Of a stretch of 64,000 nucleotides of DNA, positions 38,233 through 48,808 are shown piece by piece. Under the pieces are notes generated by a model. It was not told the DNA's origin. It ran no database searches and saw nothing but the letters and a program-made list of their open reading frames with translations. The DNA comes from an uncultured Candidatus Bathyarchaeia archaeon (GTDB taxonomy: Archaea > Thermoproteota > Bathyarchaeia > Bathyarchaeales > Bathyarchaeaceae). How positions within the stretch are numbered: position 1 is the first letter of the stretch; each line of letters opens with the position of its first letter. Both the position numbers and the translations under genes were made by a program. The stretch is taken from contig CAZUDX010000006.1 in assembly GCA_964618695.1 (NCBI GenBank), positions 4,548 through 68,547 on the forward strand, given 5' to 3'.

Positions 38233-39018
38233 ATGTTCTACGAAAAATACCTGAAAGCAACCAAAGAAAAAAACAGCTTCATCAACATCAACCTCGACCC
38301 AGCGCTGCCAAAACAGAGAAAAACCAACGTTATCCCCCAAAAATACGTCACCAAAGAAGACAGCGAAACTCTCCTCAACTTCTCTTTAGACATAATAGAA
38401 CAAGTCAGCGACTACTGCTGCTCCGTGAAACCAAACACCCAATACTATCTCGGCAACACAACCATACTCAAACAAATCGCAAAAAAAATCCACAAAGAAG
38501 GAATGCTAGCCATACTAGACCACAAACTCAGCGACATCGGCTCATCCAACGGCTCCGCCCTATACTGGATACAACAAATGGGCTTCGACGCCTTCACCTT
38601 CTCTCCCTTCGCCGGCAACACACAAAAAACAGTGGAAAAAGCACACGAAAAAAACCTAGGAATAATAGTTCTCACCCTCATGTCCAACCCAGAAGCAGAA
38701 AACATGATGACAAAAACAATAGTCAACGGAGAACCATACTACCTGCACACCGCCAAAATAGTGAAAGAATCCAATGCTGATGGGTGTGTGGTAGGCTTAA
38801 CCTGTTTTGTTGAGGACGAATACATCACAAACATTCAGAAAACTGTTGGAGACAGAGTAGTGCTTCTGTTGCAGGGCATAGGTCCCCAAGGCGGAGAAGC
38901 TAAAAAAATAAAACATGCCCAAAACCCATTAGTCAGCTTGGGCAGAGCAGTCATCTACTCCGACAACCCAAAAGAGACCATTAAAAGATACCACCGCATC
39001 TTCAAAGCCAAATACTAA
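38233..39018 (+). CDS. pyrF: Orotidine-5'-phosphate decarboxylase-like (type 2 PyrF family)
   Basis: INLDP near the N-terminus and LDHKLSDIGSSN (D-x-K-x-x-D-I pattern). The length of 261 aa fits. Confidence 0.55.
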   Translation: MFYEKYLKATKEKNSFININLDPALPKQRKTNVIPQKYVTKEDSETLLNFSLDIIEQVSDYCCSVKPNTQYYLGNTTILKQIAKKIHKEGMLAILDHKLSDIGSSNGSALYWIQQMGFDAFTFSPFAGNTQKTVEKAHEKNLGIIVLTLMSNPEAENMMTKTIVNGEPYYLHTAKIVKESNADGCVVGLTCFVEDEYITNIQKTVGDRVVLLLQGIGPQGGEAKKIKHAQNPLVSLGRAVIYSDNPKETIKRYHRIFKAKY

Positions 39019-39033
39019 CGACAGGTCAATATA

Positions 39034-39085
39034 GGGCAGTAAACAAACTGTTTACAACATTATTGCCCAACGATTCCAAATCGTT
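39034..39085 (+). terminator. Two adjacent perfect hairpins after the pyrF-like gene
   Basis: GTAAACA-AAC-TGTTTAC (39039-39055) and AACGATT-CCA-AATCGTT (39069-39085), followed by an A/T-rich run. Their function is unproven. Confidence 0.3.
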
Positions 39086-39165
39086 CAAAAATGCAATATC
39101 AACATCTTACAAAGTAACATCTATCAACAAGTTTTGTATACTGTTGCCCCATCTAGAAACGAAAT

Positions 39166-40029
39166 CTATTTGGTTTTCTTTTTTGTTTCAGTTTTCCATC
39201 TAATACGTCTAGCTAATTTGCTAACATGTGGAAGTTTTAGGAATGAAGATTCTTCCTTTTTAGTAAGTGTAACTGCTACGGACAACTCTCTTAAGAAATC
39301 ATTTGCTTTTTTATACCCTAGGAAACGAGACATAGCTTCAATGTATATAAATTGAGTTATGTCCAAGACTTTAAGGCTCATATTATACATTGTCATGAAA
39401 TCTTCGTTATTATATCTAGGAATCTGTTCAGGTCTTTTTTCCATTTGTTTTTCAATTCTTTCAGAACTTGGATGAACAAAGTCAGAGAGTTTTTCGTAAA
39501 TCTCTTTTAATTCATCTGAAATCATGGGAGCTTCAGAAAAAAAATTCCTAGACTTTAATCTATTTACCATTTCCTTAAAACTTGGTGCTATTCTCTTTGC
39601 TTCTTCACGTATTTTGTAACTTTCTTTGAATGCAACCCAACCGTTGTTCTTGAATAGTAATTTATTTAACAACTTTTCTTTATCGGAAACACTTGTGGTT
39701 TTACTAACTTCTAGATACTGAGCAAACAAATCATCCAATAATGGGCGATGTTTTTGGGATTGAAAATCACATGCCTCTAATGCTGTCTCAAGTATACACC
39801 TAAGACTTCGGGCACATCCAAAATACAAACTTGATTGCAATTCATAGTGAAAAATAAAAAATTCTTTTACACATAGGAAAAACGTTGGTGTAATTACTTC
39901 ATTATGCTTAACCATTTCGACTAAATAATCAACATGATTTTTATCAGATTTAATCTCCAAAGTTCGTAACAAATAGGATAATTCCAAGTAACTAAGGAAA
40001 AAAATGTTAGCGGAAAAAATGTCTTCCAA
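39166..40029 (-). CDS. Hypothetical protein in an A+T-rich island (possible DUF4145/HEPN-like)
   Basis: Weak resemblance only: ARSLRCILETALEA and IYEKLSDFVHPS resemble the two conserved helices of DUF4145-type HEPN-like domains. Confidence 0.55.
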   Translation of the reverse strand: MEDIFSANIFFLSYLELSYLLRTLEIKSDKNHVDYLVEMVKHNEVITPTFFLCVKEFFIFHYELQSSLYFGCARSLRCILETALEACDFQSQKHRPLLDDLFAQYLEVSKTTSVSDKEKLLNKLLFKNNGWVAFKESYKIREEAKRIAPSFKEMVNRLKSRNFFSEAPMISDELKEIYEKLSDFVHPSSERIEKQMEKRPEQIPRYNNEDFMTMYNMSLKVLDITQFIYIEAMSRFLGYKKANDFLRELSVAVTLTKKEESSFLKLPHVSKLARRIRWKTETKKKTK

Positions 40030-40439
40030 ACGACAAGTTCCTTTTTACAATTTGCTCTAGTCTTTCTAATTTCCCCGTAGGAAGTGCTTGGAAATTTAAC
40101 CTTGTGTGTTAGGGTTATGGTAAAACTATATTTTTTAAGAGGTTTTTTCTTCCCCCCTTTACTAGACATTATTAAGACGCTCCCTGATGCTCCTTTTATT
40201 AATCCAGATAATACTCTTATTTGTTAAATAAAAAACATTAGCTGGAGTCTATATAGATTTTTGCGATGAAGAAATTTTACTCAAATTAAGTCGAACTTGT
40301 AACATTTTAAGTCGCTACTTCTATCTGTGTTTATTAGTGTGTTTTACTAATTAATTCTCTGAGAAATTAGAAATTAGTCGTAAGATTTCGTATTGCGGGA
40401 GATATTGCTAGTGATGTCTTAGACCATGCGGAAACGGCT

Positions 40440-40682
40440 TCAGATTATCTCCATGTATTTTGTTCCTTTCTCTGTTATTCTGTAGATTCCTCGGCTAACC
40501 CGTTCAATACACTCCTTCTTCAGCAAGTATCGCAGACGATTATCAAATCTGGTTCTCGTAGCCAAAGAATGGCAGCTGGTCAAAACCTTCTTCTCCAAGG
40601 CTGTCCAGCGTACATGCCCCTTAGTAAGTGCAGTGAGGATCACCTTGTCCATCATGTCCTGTTCTTCTCGGCGACGACTCAC
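40440..40682 (-). CDS. Small winged-helix protein
   Basis: The C-terminus VSRGIYRITEKGTKYME parallels YRITAKGEKYLE of the 31982 regulator. Confidence 0.5.
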   Translation of the reverse strand: MSRRREEQDMMDKVILTALTKGHVRWTALEKKVLTSCHSLATRTRFDNRLRYLLKKECIERVSRGIYRITEKGTKYMEII

Positions 40683-40886
40683 AGCAACTTCACCTCCACA
40701 GGCATAACCGCAGGACTAAGCTACTACAAAGACCAAGAAAAACCAGAAACCCAAAACCCTAACTCAATACCCTACCACAAATAGTACATTTAGGGTTCAA
40801 ATTTCTAGAGGACATTTCTGAAGAAAACCTTCAGAAGCCATTTAAACCTTGCATACCAAACTAAATACTTCACAGGAGCCTCCAAC

Positions 40887-41117
40887 ATGCCAACCGAAAC
40901 CATCCTGCGAATACTAGAAAACGGAGAATGGCACCACCTAAAAGACCTAGAAACGAAAACCCAACTAACCGAACACAAAATTAAATACATCACAAACTTT
41001 CTAGCAGAATACAACTTCATCCAACTAGACGAAACACAACAAAAAGTAAAACTGGACCCACCCACAATGAAATTCCTCAAAAAAATCCGACAAATCGAAA
41101 ACGAATTCCCACACTAA
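40887..41117 (+). CDS. Small winged-helix-like protein
   Basis: ILRILENGEWHHLKDLETKTQLTEHKIKYITNFLAEYNFIQLDE. I preferred this over the antisense ORF 40805-41080. Confidence 0.45.
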   Translation: MPTETILRILENGEWHHLKDLETKTQLTEHKIKYITNFLAEYNFIQLDETQQKVKLDPPTMKFLKKIRQIENEFPH

Positions 41118-41212
41118 TTCAAGCAAATTTCAGTGACGGGCTTACTCCAAAAAAGAAAAGACTTTTTGGCTCAATTCTTGAAAGCGAAACATACGCTTGT
41201 TGCCGCATCAAG

Positions 41213-42355
41213 TCAGTTCATTAATTCGTTTATCTGTTTTATGACATAATCCATTTGTATCTTTGATATTGTTGGAAACAGCGGCAATGAAAGAATCTCC
41301 TTGAAGACTTTTTCAGCAACAGGGAAATCTCCCTCTTTGCAGCCAAGCCTCTTTTTATAGAATTCAAAAAGGTGTAAAGGTGTAAAATGTACACTCAATC
41401 CGATTCCTTTGGCTGAAAGTCTCTTATATAACTCGTTTCTGTCTATGCCGTGCCTTTCTGTGACTCTGATGACGTATAGATGATATATGTGCGTTCTATC
41501 TTTCGCCTCATATGGCAATGTAATTCCAACACTTTCCTCAAGTTTCTGACTATAATACTGAGCTGCTTCAATACGCCTCTTGTTAATTTCCTCAACTCTT
41601 TTCAATTGCGAAATGCCTAAGGCTGCCTGAACTTCATTTAATCTATAATTGTAGCCTACATCTACAACATCATAATACCATGTTCCTTTTTTTTCTCTAT
41701 TAAACGCGCTTTTGGTCATTCCATGCTCCCGCAATATTCTACTCTGCTCTGCGATTTTTTCGTCATTTGTTGTGATCAAGCCTCCCTCAAGGGTTGTTAT
41801 TACCTTTGTTGGGTAAAAACTGAAACAACCTATTGTACCTATAACTCCAGTTTTTTGCTCCATATATTCTGCGCCTAGTGAATGAGCACAATCTTCCACA
41901 ACGTGGAGATCATGACGCCTTGCTATCTGCATAATCTCTTGCATATCACAGGATTGCCCTCCATAATGAACAACTATGATGGCTTTGGTTTTTCCAGTTA
42001 TTTTGTTCTCGATGTCACTTGGAGAGATGTTGAATGTCCTCTCATCTATGTCTGAGAAGACTGTTTTTGCGCCTGCGAATAAAGGAGCATTAGCTGTAGC
42101 TGCAAATGTGAGAACAGGGACAATCACTTCATCTCCAGGACCTATATTCAAGGTTCGCATGGCTAAATGCAACGCTGCAGTGCAACTATTAACTGAAACA
42201 GCGTGCTGCGCACCTACGTAGTTCATAAACATTCTTTCCAGTTCTTCTGCTCTAGGACCACCAGTAAGCCAACGAGATCCTAAAGCTTCGAGAACAGCTT
42301 TCTTATCTTCATCCGTTATCCATGGGACAAAAAAGGGAACTTTTTCAGCGCACAA
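41213..42355 (-). CDS. DegT/DnrJ/EryC1/StrS-family PLP-dependent sugar aminotransferase
   Basis: SCTAALHLA, the DCAHSLGAEY...FSFYPTKVITTLEGG (Lys) pattern and YNYRLNEVQAALG. Confidence 0.9.
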   Translation of the reverse strand: MCAEKVPFFVPWITDEDKKAVLEALGSRWLTGGPRAEELERMFMNYVGAQHAVSVNSCTAALHLAMRTLNIGPGDEVIVPVLTFAATANAPLFAGAKTVFSDIDERTFNISPSDIENKITGKTKAIIVVHYGGQSCDMQEIMQIARRHDLHVVEDCAHSLGAEYMEQKTGVIGTIGCFSFYPTKVITTLEGGLITTNDEKIAEQSRILREHGMTKSAFNREKKGTWYYDVVDVGYNYRLNEVQAALGISQLKRVEEINKRRIEAAQYYSQKLEESVGITLPYEAKDRTHIYHLYVIRVTERHGIDRNELYKRLSAKGIGLSVHFTPLHLFEFYKKRLGCKEGDFPVAEKVFKEILSLPLFPTISKIQMDYVIKQINELMN

Positions 42356-42362
42356 ACTTGTT

Positions 42363-43367
42363 TCACTCAGCCTCGGTTCTATATGCTAACCATTCTTCGT
42401 ATCGGCCTTCTTTATACCATTTAATAAATTCTTTTAAACCCGTTATTATGTCATATTTAGGTTCAAAACCCAGTTCCTTCTTTGCTAATGAAATGTCGGC
42501 ACAGAGTCTTTTAACTTCTCCCGGTCTGGGAGCCACGTGGATTGGCTTTAGTTTTTCTTTGCGACCAAAAAGAGAAACGATCTTGTTGGCTAACTCGTTT
42601 ATGCTAACTTCTCGACCAGTACCGAAATTGATGGTTTTACCCACCAAGTTTTCATTTGAATTCAACACCAAGTCGTATGTTTTAACGGTATCTTTTATGT
42701 ACAGATAATCGCGTGTTTGCGTTCCATCACCGTAGATGACTGGTGGAAGACCCTGCATTACTCTTTTTATAAACTTGGGTATTGCGGCTGCATAACCTGT
42801 GTCACTTTGTCTAGGTCCATAGGTGTTAAAGCATCGGACGATGACTACTGGAAGTTTGTATGTGTTGTAGTAAGCGAAACAAAGTCTGTCCGCTGCAGCT
42901 TTACTTGCAGCATATGGAGAAGCTGGATTTAATGGATGTTTCTCGTCCATAGATGGGGATTGTGCCGAACCATAGACTTCACTTGTGGATGCGTATATTA
43001 CCAACTCCACGTCGTTCTCTAACGATGAATCTAAAACATTAAGGGTGCCAAAAGTATTTGTCTCGAAAGTGTATCTTGGAGCAATAATTGACTTGTCAAC
43101 GTGTACTTGAGCAGCTAAATGAAAAACGACGTCAACATTGTCCATTGCTTTTTCAATTGTTTCTTTGTTCCTTACATCTCCCCTTATTAGTTTGAAATTC
43201 TTGAAGTTAAGAAGGCCTCGAATGTTATTGACAGTGCCGCTTGAAAAATCATCCAACACTTTCACAGTATGTTTCTTCTTTACATATTCCTCTGCTAGGT
43301 GACTACCGATAAAACCTGCTCCTCCTGTTATCAGGATCGTTTTTCTCTTAATTTTAATTCTCTCCAA
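42363..43367 (-). CDS. NAD-dependent sugar epimerase/4,6-dehydratase (SDR extended family)
   Basis: ITGGAGFIGSHL, STSEVYG and the YAASKAA (YxxxK) motif. Confidence 0.9.
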   Translation of the reverse strand: MERIKIKRKTILITGGAGFIGSHLAEEYVKKKHTVKVLDDFSSGTVNNIRGLLNFKNFKLIRGDVRNKETIEKAMDNVDVVFHLAAQVHVDKSIIAPRYTFETNTFGTLNVLDSSLENDVELVIYASTSEVYGSAQSPSMDEKHPLNPASPYAASKAAADRLCFAYYNTYKLPVVIVRCFNTYGPRQSDTGYAAAIPKFIKRVMQGLPPVIYGDGTQTRDYLYIKDTVKTYDLVLNSNENLVGKTINFGTGREVSINELANKIVSLFGRKEKLKPIHVAPRPGEVKRLCADISLAKKELGFEPKYDIITGLKEFIKWYKEGRYEEWLAYRTEAE

Positions 43368-43426
43368 GATAGTTTATAGCCATTGAATTATCCCTATCTT
43401 CATACAAATTGATTGTGGTCGATATC

Positions 43427-44401
43427 TTACTCTAACCACCTATGAAATGTTGCTTCGCTTTTCGAAAATCTAAACCCTGCCCGCTGATAAAGTCTTATAG
43501 CTGGAATATTTGTTATTTGTGTACCAACATAAACTTCGTTAACCCGTTTGCTGAACCAACTTAGTGCTTTCTTCAACAAACCGGAGCCCACACCAACTCC
43601 TTGAAAGGCCGGATGAACTGCTACGAGTTCTATCACTCCATAATTATGTGGCTTGGTTGCTTTGCACGTTATAAACCCTGCTGTCTTTAGGCCACATTGA
43701 GCAACCAGTACTGTGTCGGCACGGTTTTTATTGCAGCAGTTATTGACCCATTCAGCATATAAATCATCAACTTTTTCTTTGGGAAAACGCGGGTCCATGT
43801 GGAAGTGATCTGTAGAAAATGATTCTTGAGCGATTTCTTTGAGATTAGTGATATCAGTTGATTTAAATGGCCTAATAACTATGTTGTTCTTGTTTGTCAA
43901 TTCATCAAATATTTTCTCTTGTCTGTTTCTAAACTTAAATGTGAATGTCGTAAGAATATCCATTAGTTGGAACTTTTCAGATTCAAGAACGTGAATAGTG
44001 GTTATGTCCGTGGTGTTTATTCTGCATATAACGCATTTAAACCCCCTTCTTGAAGCAAGGTTTACAGCTTCACGTATGAGCATAAGTCGAGGCTTCACCA
44101 TATGGTTCCTCTCAAGTTTTCTGAAAGCAACAACTAATTTTGCTATTTTAAAACCAAAATGATGAGAATCCCATCTGGAATATCCTGTATATGTAAATCC
44201 CACCAACTCACCGTTTTTGTTCACGACAAGAACTGATGCAGGGTCCTTCGTGCATTCCGAAATTATTTGGGTTGAGAATTGTTTCTTTAATGTCTCCTTT
44301 AGACATAATGAAGATAGATGTTCTTCAAGAATTTTGGTCAACTTAAGTTTTTGAGTTTTCTTAAAGGTGTTCACTAAAATCTTTTCCATGTTAACCAGCA
44401 C
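43427..44401 (-). CDS. GNAT-family N-acetyltransferase (two-lobed)
   Basis: The C-terminal LVAVHPAFQGVGVGSGLLKKAL...RLYQRAGFRF is a typical GNAT motif A/B. Confidence 0.75.
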   Translation of the reverse strand: MLVNMEKILVNTFKKTQKLKLTKILEEHLSSLCLKETLKKQFSTQIISECTKDPASVLVVNKNGELVGFTYTGYSRWDSHHFGFKIAKLVVAFRKLERNHMVKPRLMLIREAVNLASRRGFKCVICRINTTDITTIHVLESEKFQLMDILTTFTFKFRNRQEKIFDELTNKNNIVIRPFKSTDITNLKEIAQESFSTDHFHMDPRFPKEKVDDLYAEWVNNCCNKNRADTVLVAQCGLKTAGFITCKATKPHNYGVIELVAVHPAFQGVGVGSGLLKKALSWFSKRVNEVYVGTQITNIPAIRLYQRAGFRFSKSEATFHRWLE

Positions 44402-44503
44402 TTACATTTCTAACGCCATAATATAAATCAGTTAGTAAGAATTATAGAACTCTTCACCCCGTTTTGAAATAAACGCGTATGAGAACTGGATGGGAAGAAC
44501 GTA

Positions 44504-45601
44504 ATGAACTTGAAAATTTCATTAATAGGTGGGGTTCCACCCCCAATTGGGGGGATATCTATCTACGTAAGGCAATTAGCTGAAAAACTTGCTGAAAAAG
44601 GCGTAAACGTAGAGATCATAGACATTACAGGGGTGAAAAAGAAATTTGAACGTGAAAACCCTAAGCTAGTTGTTATTAGAAGTTGGCATACCATAAAGTT
44701 TGTTAAGGCATTACTGAAATCTCAGTCAAAAATTCTTCATGCTCAGGTCTCAACTTATCGAGTTGATCCTCTTCTATTGCTCATGGCCCTAATCTGTAGA
44801 TTAACGGACAAAAAATTTATGATAACCAATCTTGGAGGCGGTTTTGTTGGGTACATGGAGCGCCCCATCTACAAAAAGATTCTGAGGATAATTGCTTTGA
44901 ATCTCGCCGATGGAATAATCGCCCCAGAAAAAAAACAGTGCAAAAAAATCTTAGAGGTTATACCGCTGAAAAGAAGACGAAAGGTTAACTTACTTAACAT
45001 TCCCGTTGACACTGAAAAATTCAATCCAAAAGTTGAAGGAAGAAGCATCAGAAAAAAATACAACATAAAGGATAACCAAAATCTTGTTATTTTCGGACCG
45101 CATCTCGAAAAAATATACGCGCCAGACCACTTTCTAAAGGCTGCTTCAATTGTTGCCAAGAAAAAACAAAATACAATCTTCATGCTGCTCGGAGATGGAA
45201 CATTACGTAGGGAGCTAGAACAAATTGAAGGGCAAATGAAAAAGAATGTTATATTCTGTGGAGCCATCCCATTCGATGACATCCAAAAATATTACGCTGC
45301 CTGCGACATTTACTGTAATCCCTGCATTCTTGGACAGGGGATGTCGACGTTTGAAGCTATGGCATGTGGGAAGTCGGTGATAGGAGCACACACAAAAGTC
45401 CAGATAAAAATTCGAGACAAAACAGATGGGCTGCTTTTTGAGCTAGGAAATGTTGAGGATTTCGCAGAAAAAATGATCTGGCTACTTGAAAATCCAGAGG
45501 AACGTAAGCAACTGGGTATTAGGGGGAGACAAAGAATCCAAAAATTTTATAGTTTGGAAGAACATGCCCGAAGGCTAATTAAAATTTATTCTCAAATTTA
45601 G
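44504..45601 (+). CDS. Glycosyltransferase family 4 (GT-B)
   Basis: GG(V/I)...Y at the N-terminus. The C-terminus has GQGMSTFEAMACGKSVIG, the EX7E-like region. Confidence 0.85.
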   Translation: MNLKISLIGGVPPPIGGISIYVRQLAEKLAEKGVNVEIIDITGVKKKFERENPKLVVIRSWHTIKFVKALLKSQSKILHAQVSTYRVDPLLLLMALICRLTDKKFMITNLGGGFVGYMERPIYKKILRIIALNLADGIIAPEKKQCKKILEVIPLKRRRKVNLLNIPVDTEKFNPKVEGRSIRKKYNIKDNQNLVIFGPHLEKIYAPDHFLKAASIVAKKKQNTIFMLLGDGTLRRELEQIEGQMKKNVIFCGAIPFDDIQKYYAACDIYCNPCILGQGMSTFEAMACGKSVIGAHTKVQIKIRDKTDGLLFELGNVEDFAEKMIWLLENPEERKQLGIRGRQRIQKFYSLEEHARRLIKIYSQI

Positions 45602-46940
45602 ATACTACTATTTTCCATTTCCCGCTTCTTGTTGGCGGAATGTGATCCACAAAGTCAAATTTCACTTCAACTTCATTGCCGACAGCATTTTTAAAGATGC
45701 GGTAAATTTTCTCGGTGTCATTTTCACTGTACGTTTTTCCTTTGATTATCTTAACAACCATAGAATCGCTGCCAGTCTGCACAACTTGATATTGCTTAAT
45801 ATCAAAATCTTTAAAGATCAAAGTAAGCGAAGGACCCGATAATACTGCGCCGCTCTTGAATCGCAAAATGTCAGTTGTACGCCCTAAAATTTTCTTCATT
45901 AAAGGCAGTTTTCTTCCACAAGAGCACTCTTCATCTGAATAAACCCCCATGTCGCCCGTTTCATACCTTATGAAGGGCATGGTATAATTATACAAGTCAG
46001 TGGCTATAATCCGCCCTTGTTTTCCCTCAGCCACTGGATTGCCATCATCGTCAACAAATTCCATAACAGACTTCTCAACAGCCATATGGTGACCACAATG
46101 ATCTTCACATTCGAAAGCTGCTGTTCCTCCATCAAACGCGCCGTAACCATCAAAAACATCGCATTGAAAAACATCTTCAATCATTTTTCTCTGATGAGGA
46201 AGTAACATTTCCGCGGTTGTCAACACAGCTCTCGGATGAATTAAATCAACATTCTCCTCCTTCAAGAAGGCAGCAAAGAAGAATATGGAAGAAGGATATC
46301 CGCGAATAAACTTTGGGTCATACTCGTTCATTTTTTTTGCATAAACGTTTAGAACTTTTTTGCTGAGGTTGATTGCTGGAAATCCCGCTGTTCTCTTGAT
46401 GACTTTTTTTGCCGCAGTTTTTAACGGATTTTTTTTCTTAGAAATCAATGAAAGTCCCGCTAAGACTGCGATTTTATCCCCAAACTTGTAGCCCGCATAT
46501 CCCCAGCCTCTCCATAAAACGGCTTGCCCAATGCCAGAACTTCTCACGTCAATGGAAAACCGTAGTGGTTCACCTGTTGAACCTCCAGTCGCTGTTGCTA
46601 TAGGCCAATACTGTTGAAAATTTCGGGCAACGAAATCGTCTGCATGTTGTCTAACGTCGTCTTTGGTTAGTATCGGCAATTTGGTTAGATCGTTAACCGA
46701 TTGGAAGTCTTGGGGCTTCAGTTTTTTTTCGCGAAACACTCGGCGATAGTATGGAACATTAGAATAGGCATGTTGTAGAATAAGCCTCAGTTTGCGTTCT
46801 TGGAGTGTTTTTAACCTTTTCAGAGGCAACCATTGGGTTTTCTGTAAATTGAAGAAATAGCGTAAAGCAAAAGTTTCAACACCCAAGGAATTCACTATGG
46901 GTCTAACTTTTCGTGCGAAGCTCATGACGCTTTTCTCCAA
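45579..46940 (-). CDS. Phenylacetate-CoA ligase/CapK-like adenylate-forming enzyme
   Basis: TGGSTGEP (AMP-binding P-loop-like), GYPSSIFFFA and RYETGD motifs, typical of the PaaK/CapK/F390-synthetase family. Confidence 0.8.
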   Translation of the reverse strand: MEKSVMSFARKVRPIVNSLGVETFALRYFFNLQKTQWLPLKRLKTLQERKLRLILQHAYSNVPYYRRVFREKKLKPQDFQSVNDLTKLPILTKDDVRQHADDFVARNFQQYWPIATATGGSTGEPLRFSIDVRSSGIGQAVLWRGWGYAGYKFGDKIAVLAGLSLISKKKNPLKTAAKKVIKRTAGFPAINLSKKVLNVYAKKMNEYDPKFIRGYPSSIFFFAAFLKEENVDLIHPRAVLTTAEMLLPHQRKMIEDVFQCDVFDGYGAFDGGTAAFECEDHCGHHMAVEKSVMEFVDDDGNPVAEGKQGRIIATDLYNYTMPFIRYETGDMGVYSDEECSCGRKLPLMKKILGRTTDILRFKSGAVLSGPSLTLIFKDFDIKQYQVVQTGSDSMVVKIIKGKTYSENDTEKIYRIFKNAVGNEVEVKFDFVDHIPPTRSGKWKIVVSKFENKF

Positions 46941-47002
46941 TTCACGAAATCGTATTGATATAATTAAAAACGTATTAACGTTTTATAAGCGTAAATGAAC
47001 TT

Positions 47003-48109
47003 CTAGTTGCTTAAGCGCTTCAGAACGTCTACCACGTATTCTATCTCTTTCTTGCTGACTAGCGGGTGAACGGGTAGACTTAGGACCCGCCTGCAAACTT
47101 TTTCAGTAATTGGGCACATTGCCTCTTCGTAGCCCATTTTTAGATAGAGAGGCTGTTTATAAATTGGGGCTGGATAGTGGACAGCAACTCCAACACCCTG
47201 TTCAGCTAAACGACCAGCAAGCGCGCCCCTGTTCATAATATAGGTATCTTCCACTCTCACAACGTACTGGTGGAAAACGTGTTTCACGCCCTTCTGTACG
47301 TATGGAGGAGTCAAACCGTCAATATTGCAGAGTTCTTTGGTTAAAAGTTGGGCGTTCTCTCTTCTTTTTTCGTTGAATTCGTCAAGTTTCTTGAGTTGAA
47401 CTAATCCGAGGGCAGCAGCGAACTCGGTCATGCGGTAGTTGTAGCCTAAGGTTTCGTGTTGATACTTTTTTGTTTGTCCATGATTTATGAGTAATCGGGT
47501 CTTCTGCGCCAGTTTTTGGTCATTCGTGGTGATCATTCCTCCCTCGCCTGTTGTCATGTTCTTTGTGGCGTAGAAACTGAAGCATGCAAGGTCTCCTATG
47601 CTTCCAGCTTTCTCTCCTTTGTATTCTGCTCCGTGAGCTTGAGCCGCATCTTCTACCAAGGCAATTTTTTTGTCTTCAACGATTTCTTTTAGGGCATCCA
47701 TTTCTGCGGGTTGACCGAACATGTGAATCGGTATTATAGCCTTGGTTTTGGCGGTTATCTTCTCGGCAACATCGGAGGGGTCAATGTTGAAGGTTCTTGG
47801 GTTGATGTCAGCGAAGACGGGTTTTGCTCCTTGAAACATTATGCAGTTGCCGGAGGCTATGAAAGAGAAGGCTGAGGTTATCACTTCATCGCCCGGACCC
47901 ACGTTGATGGCTTTAAGTGCCATGTCTAGGGCTATGGTTCCGTTGGTCACGGCAACAGCGTGTTCCACGCCGATGTATTCTGCGAATTTTTTTTCAAAAG
48001 TTTTTGTTTTTTCTCCCGAAACTAGGATGCCGGATTTGAGAACCGCTTTCAGTGCCTCTTCTTCTTCTTTGCCGAAGTTTGGTTTGGCGATGGGAATCTT
48101 AATCGGCAT
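47003..48109 (-). CDS. DegT/DnrJ/EryC1/StrS-family sugar aminotransferase
   Basis: NGTIALDMAL, EDAAQAHGAEY, FSFYATKNMTTGEGG and YNYRMTEFAAALG. Confidence 0.9.
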   Translation of the reverse strand: MPIKIPIAKPNFGKEEEEALKAVLKSGILVSGEKTKTFEKKFAEYIGVEHAVAVTNGTIALDMALKAINVGPGDEVITSAFSFIASGNCIMFQGAKPVFADINPRTFNIDPSDVAEKITAKTKAIIPIHMFGQPAEMDALKEIVEDKKIALVEDAAQAHGAEYKGEKAGSIGDLACFSFYATKNMTTGEGGMITTNDQKLAQKTRLLINHGQTKKYQHETLGYNYRMTEFAAALGLVQLKKLDEFNEKRRENAQLLTKELCNIDGLTPPYVQKGVKHVFHQYVVRVEDTYIMNRGALAGRLAEQGVGVAVHYPAPIYKQPLYLKMGYEEAMCPITEKVCRRVLSLPVHPLVSKKEIEYVVDVLKRLSN

Positions 48110-48116
48110 CTGTTTT

Positions 48117-48710
48117 TCACTCTTCCTTTCTGATTTTCGCGTAGTCTTCCAATGGTATCTTGTATTCTTCGTTACAGGAGGGGCATTTCATCAGAACAAT
48201 GTTTTTCTTTTTTTCTTCTTTGCCAAGTTTATTGCCACATTTACAAACGAATCCCCTGATTCTAGCGGGGTTTCCATACGCTAATGCGTGTGGAGGTATA
48301 TCTTCTGTAACTACGCTGCCTGCGCCTATCAAAGCATATTCTCCTATGGTGGCACCGCAAACTACGACGGTTCCAGCTCCTATGGAGGCGCCTTCTTTTA
48401 CGAGGGTTGGATGGATTTTCCAGTCTGTGCTGAAGCTTCGGGGAACAAGGTCGTTTGTGAAGGTGACGTGAGGACCCACAAAAACATCGTCTTCGATTGT
48501 CACTCCTTCAAAGACGGTTGCTCGATTCTCCAGCTTTACGCCATTTCCGATTTTCACTCCTCTGCCCACGTAAACATAATCTCCAAGCACACAATTCTTG
48601 CCTATTTTTGCGTTTTCTCTCACATGAACAAAATTCCAAACTCGTGTGCTATCCCCGATGACAGCGCCTTTATTGACAACCGATGTGGGCTCAAACTTAG
48701 CTTTGTTCAT
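48117..48710 (-). CDS. Left-handed beta-helix (hexapeptide) sugar N-acetyltransferase with C-terminal zinc-ribbon tail
   Basis: Repeated [LIV]G..... hexapeptides. The C-terminus reads CKCGNKL...CPSCNEEY. I chose the ATG at 48710. Confidence 0.85.
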   Translation of the reverse strand: MNKAKFEPTSVVNKGAVIGDSTRVWNFVHVRENAKIGKNCVLGDYVYVGRGVKIGNGVKLENRATVFEGVTIEDDVFVGPHVTFTNDLVPRSFSTDWKIHPTLVKEGASIGAGTVVVCGATIGEYALIGAGSVVTEDIPPHALAYGNPARIRGFVCKCGNKLGKEEKKKNIVLMKCPSCNEEYKIPLEDYAKIRKEE

Positions 48711-48808
48711 GGAAACTTCCCAATTCATACTAACCAAGCAAGTAAATAACAGTTTACTATATACTTTCAAGAGGTTACCTGATTTTGTTGGTTCTTCGTT
48801 TCAGTTAG

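Noticed and set aside
40393-40405. A further copy of the element core (TTGCGGGAGATAT, identical to 7370-7382)
   Set aside because: It is a single 13-mer match with no flanking similarity. Matches of this length are expected by chance in a 64-kb window searched on both strands.
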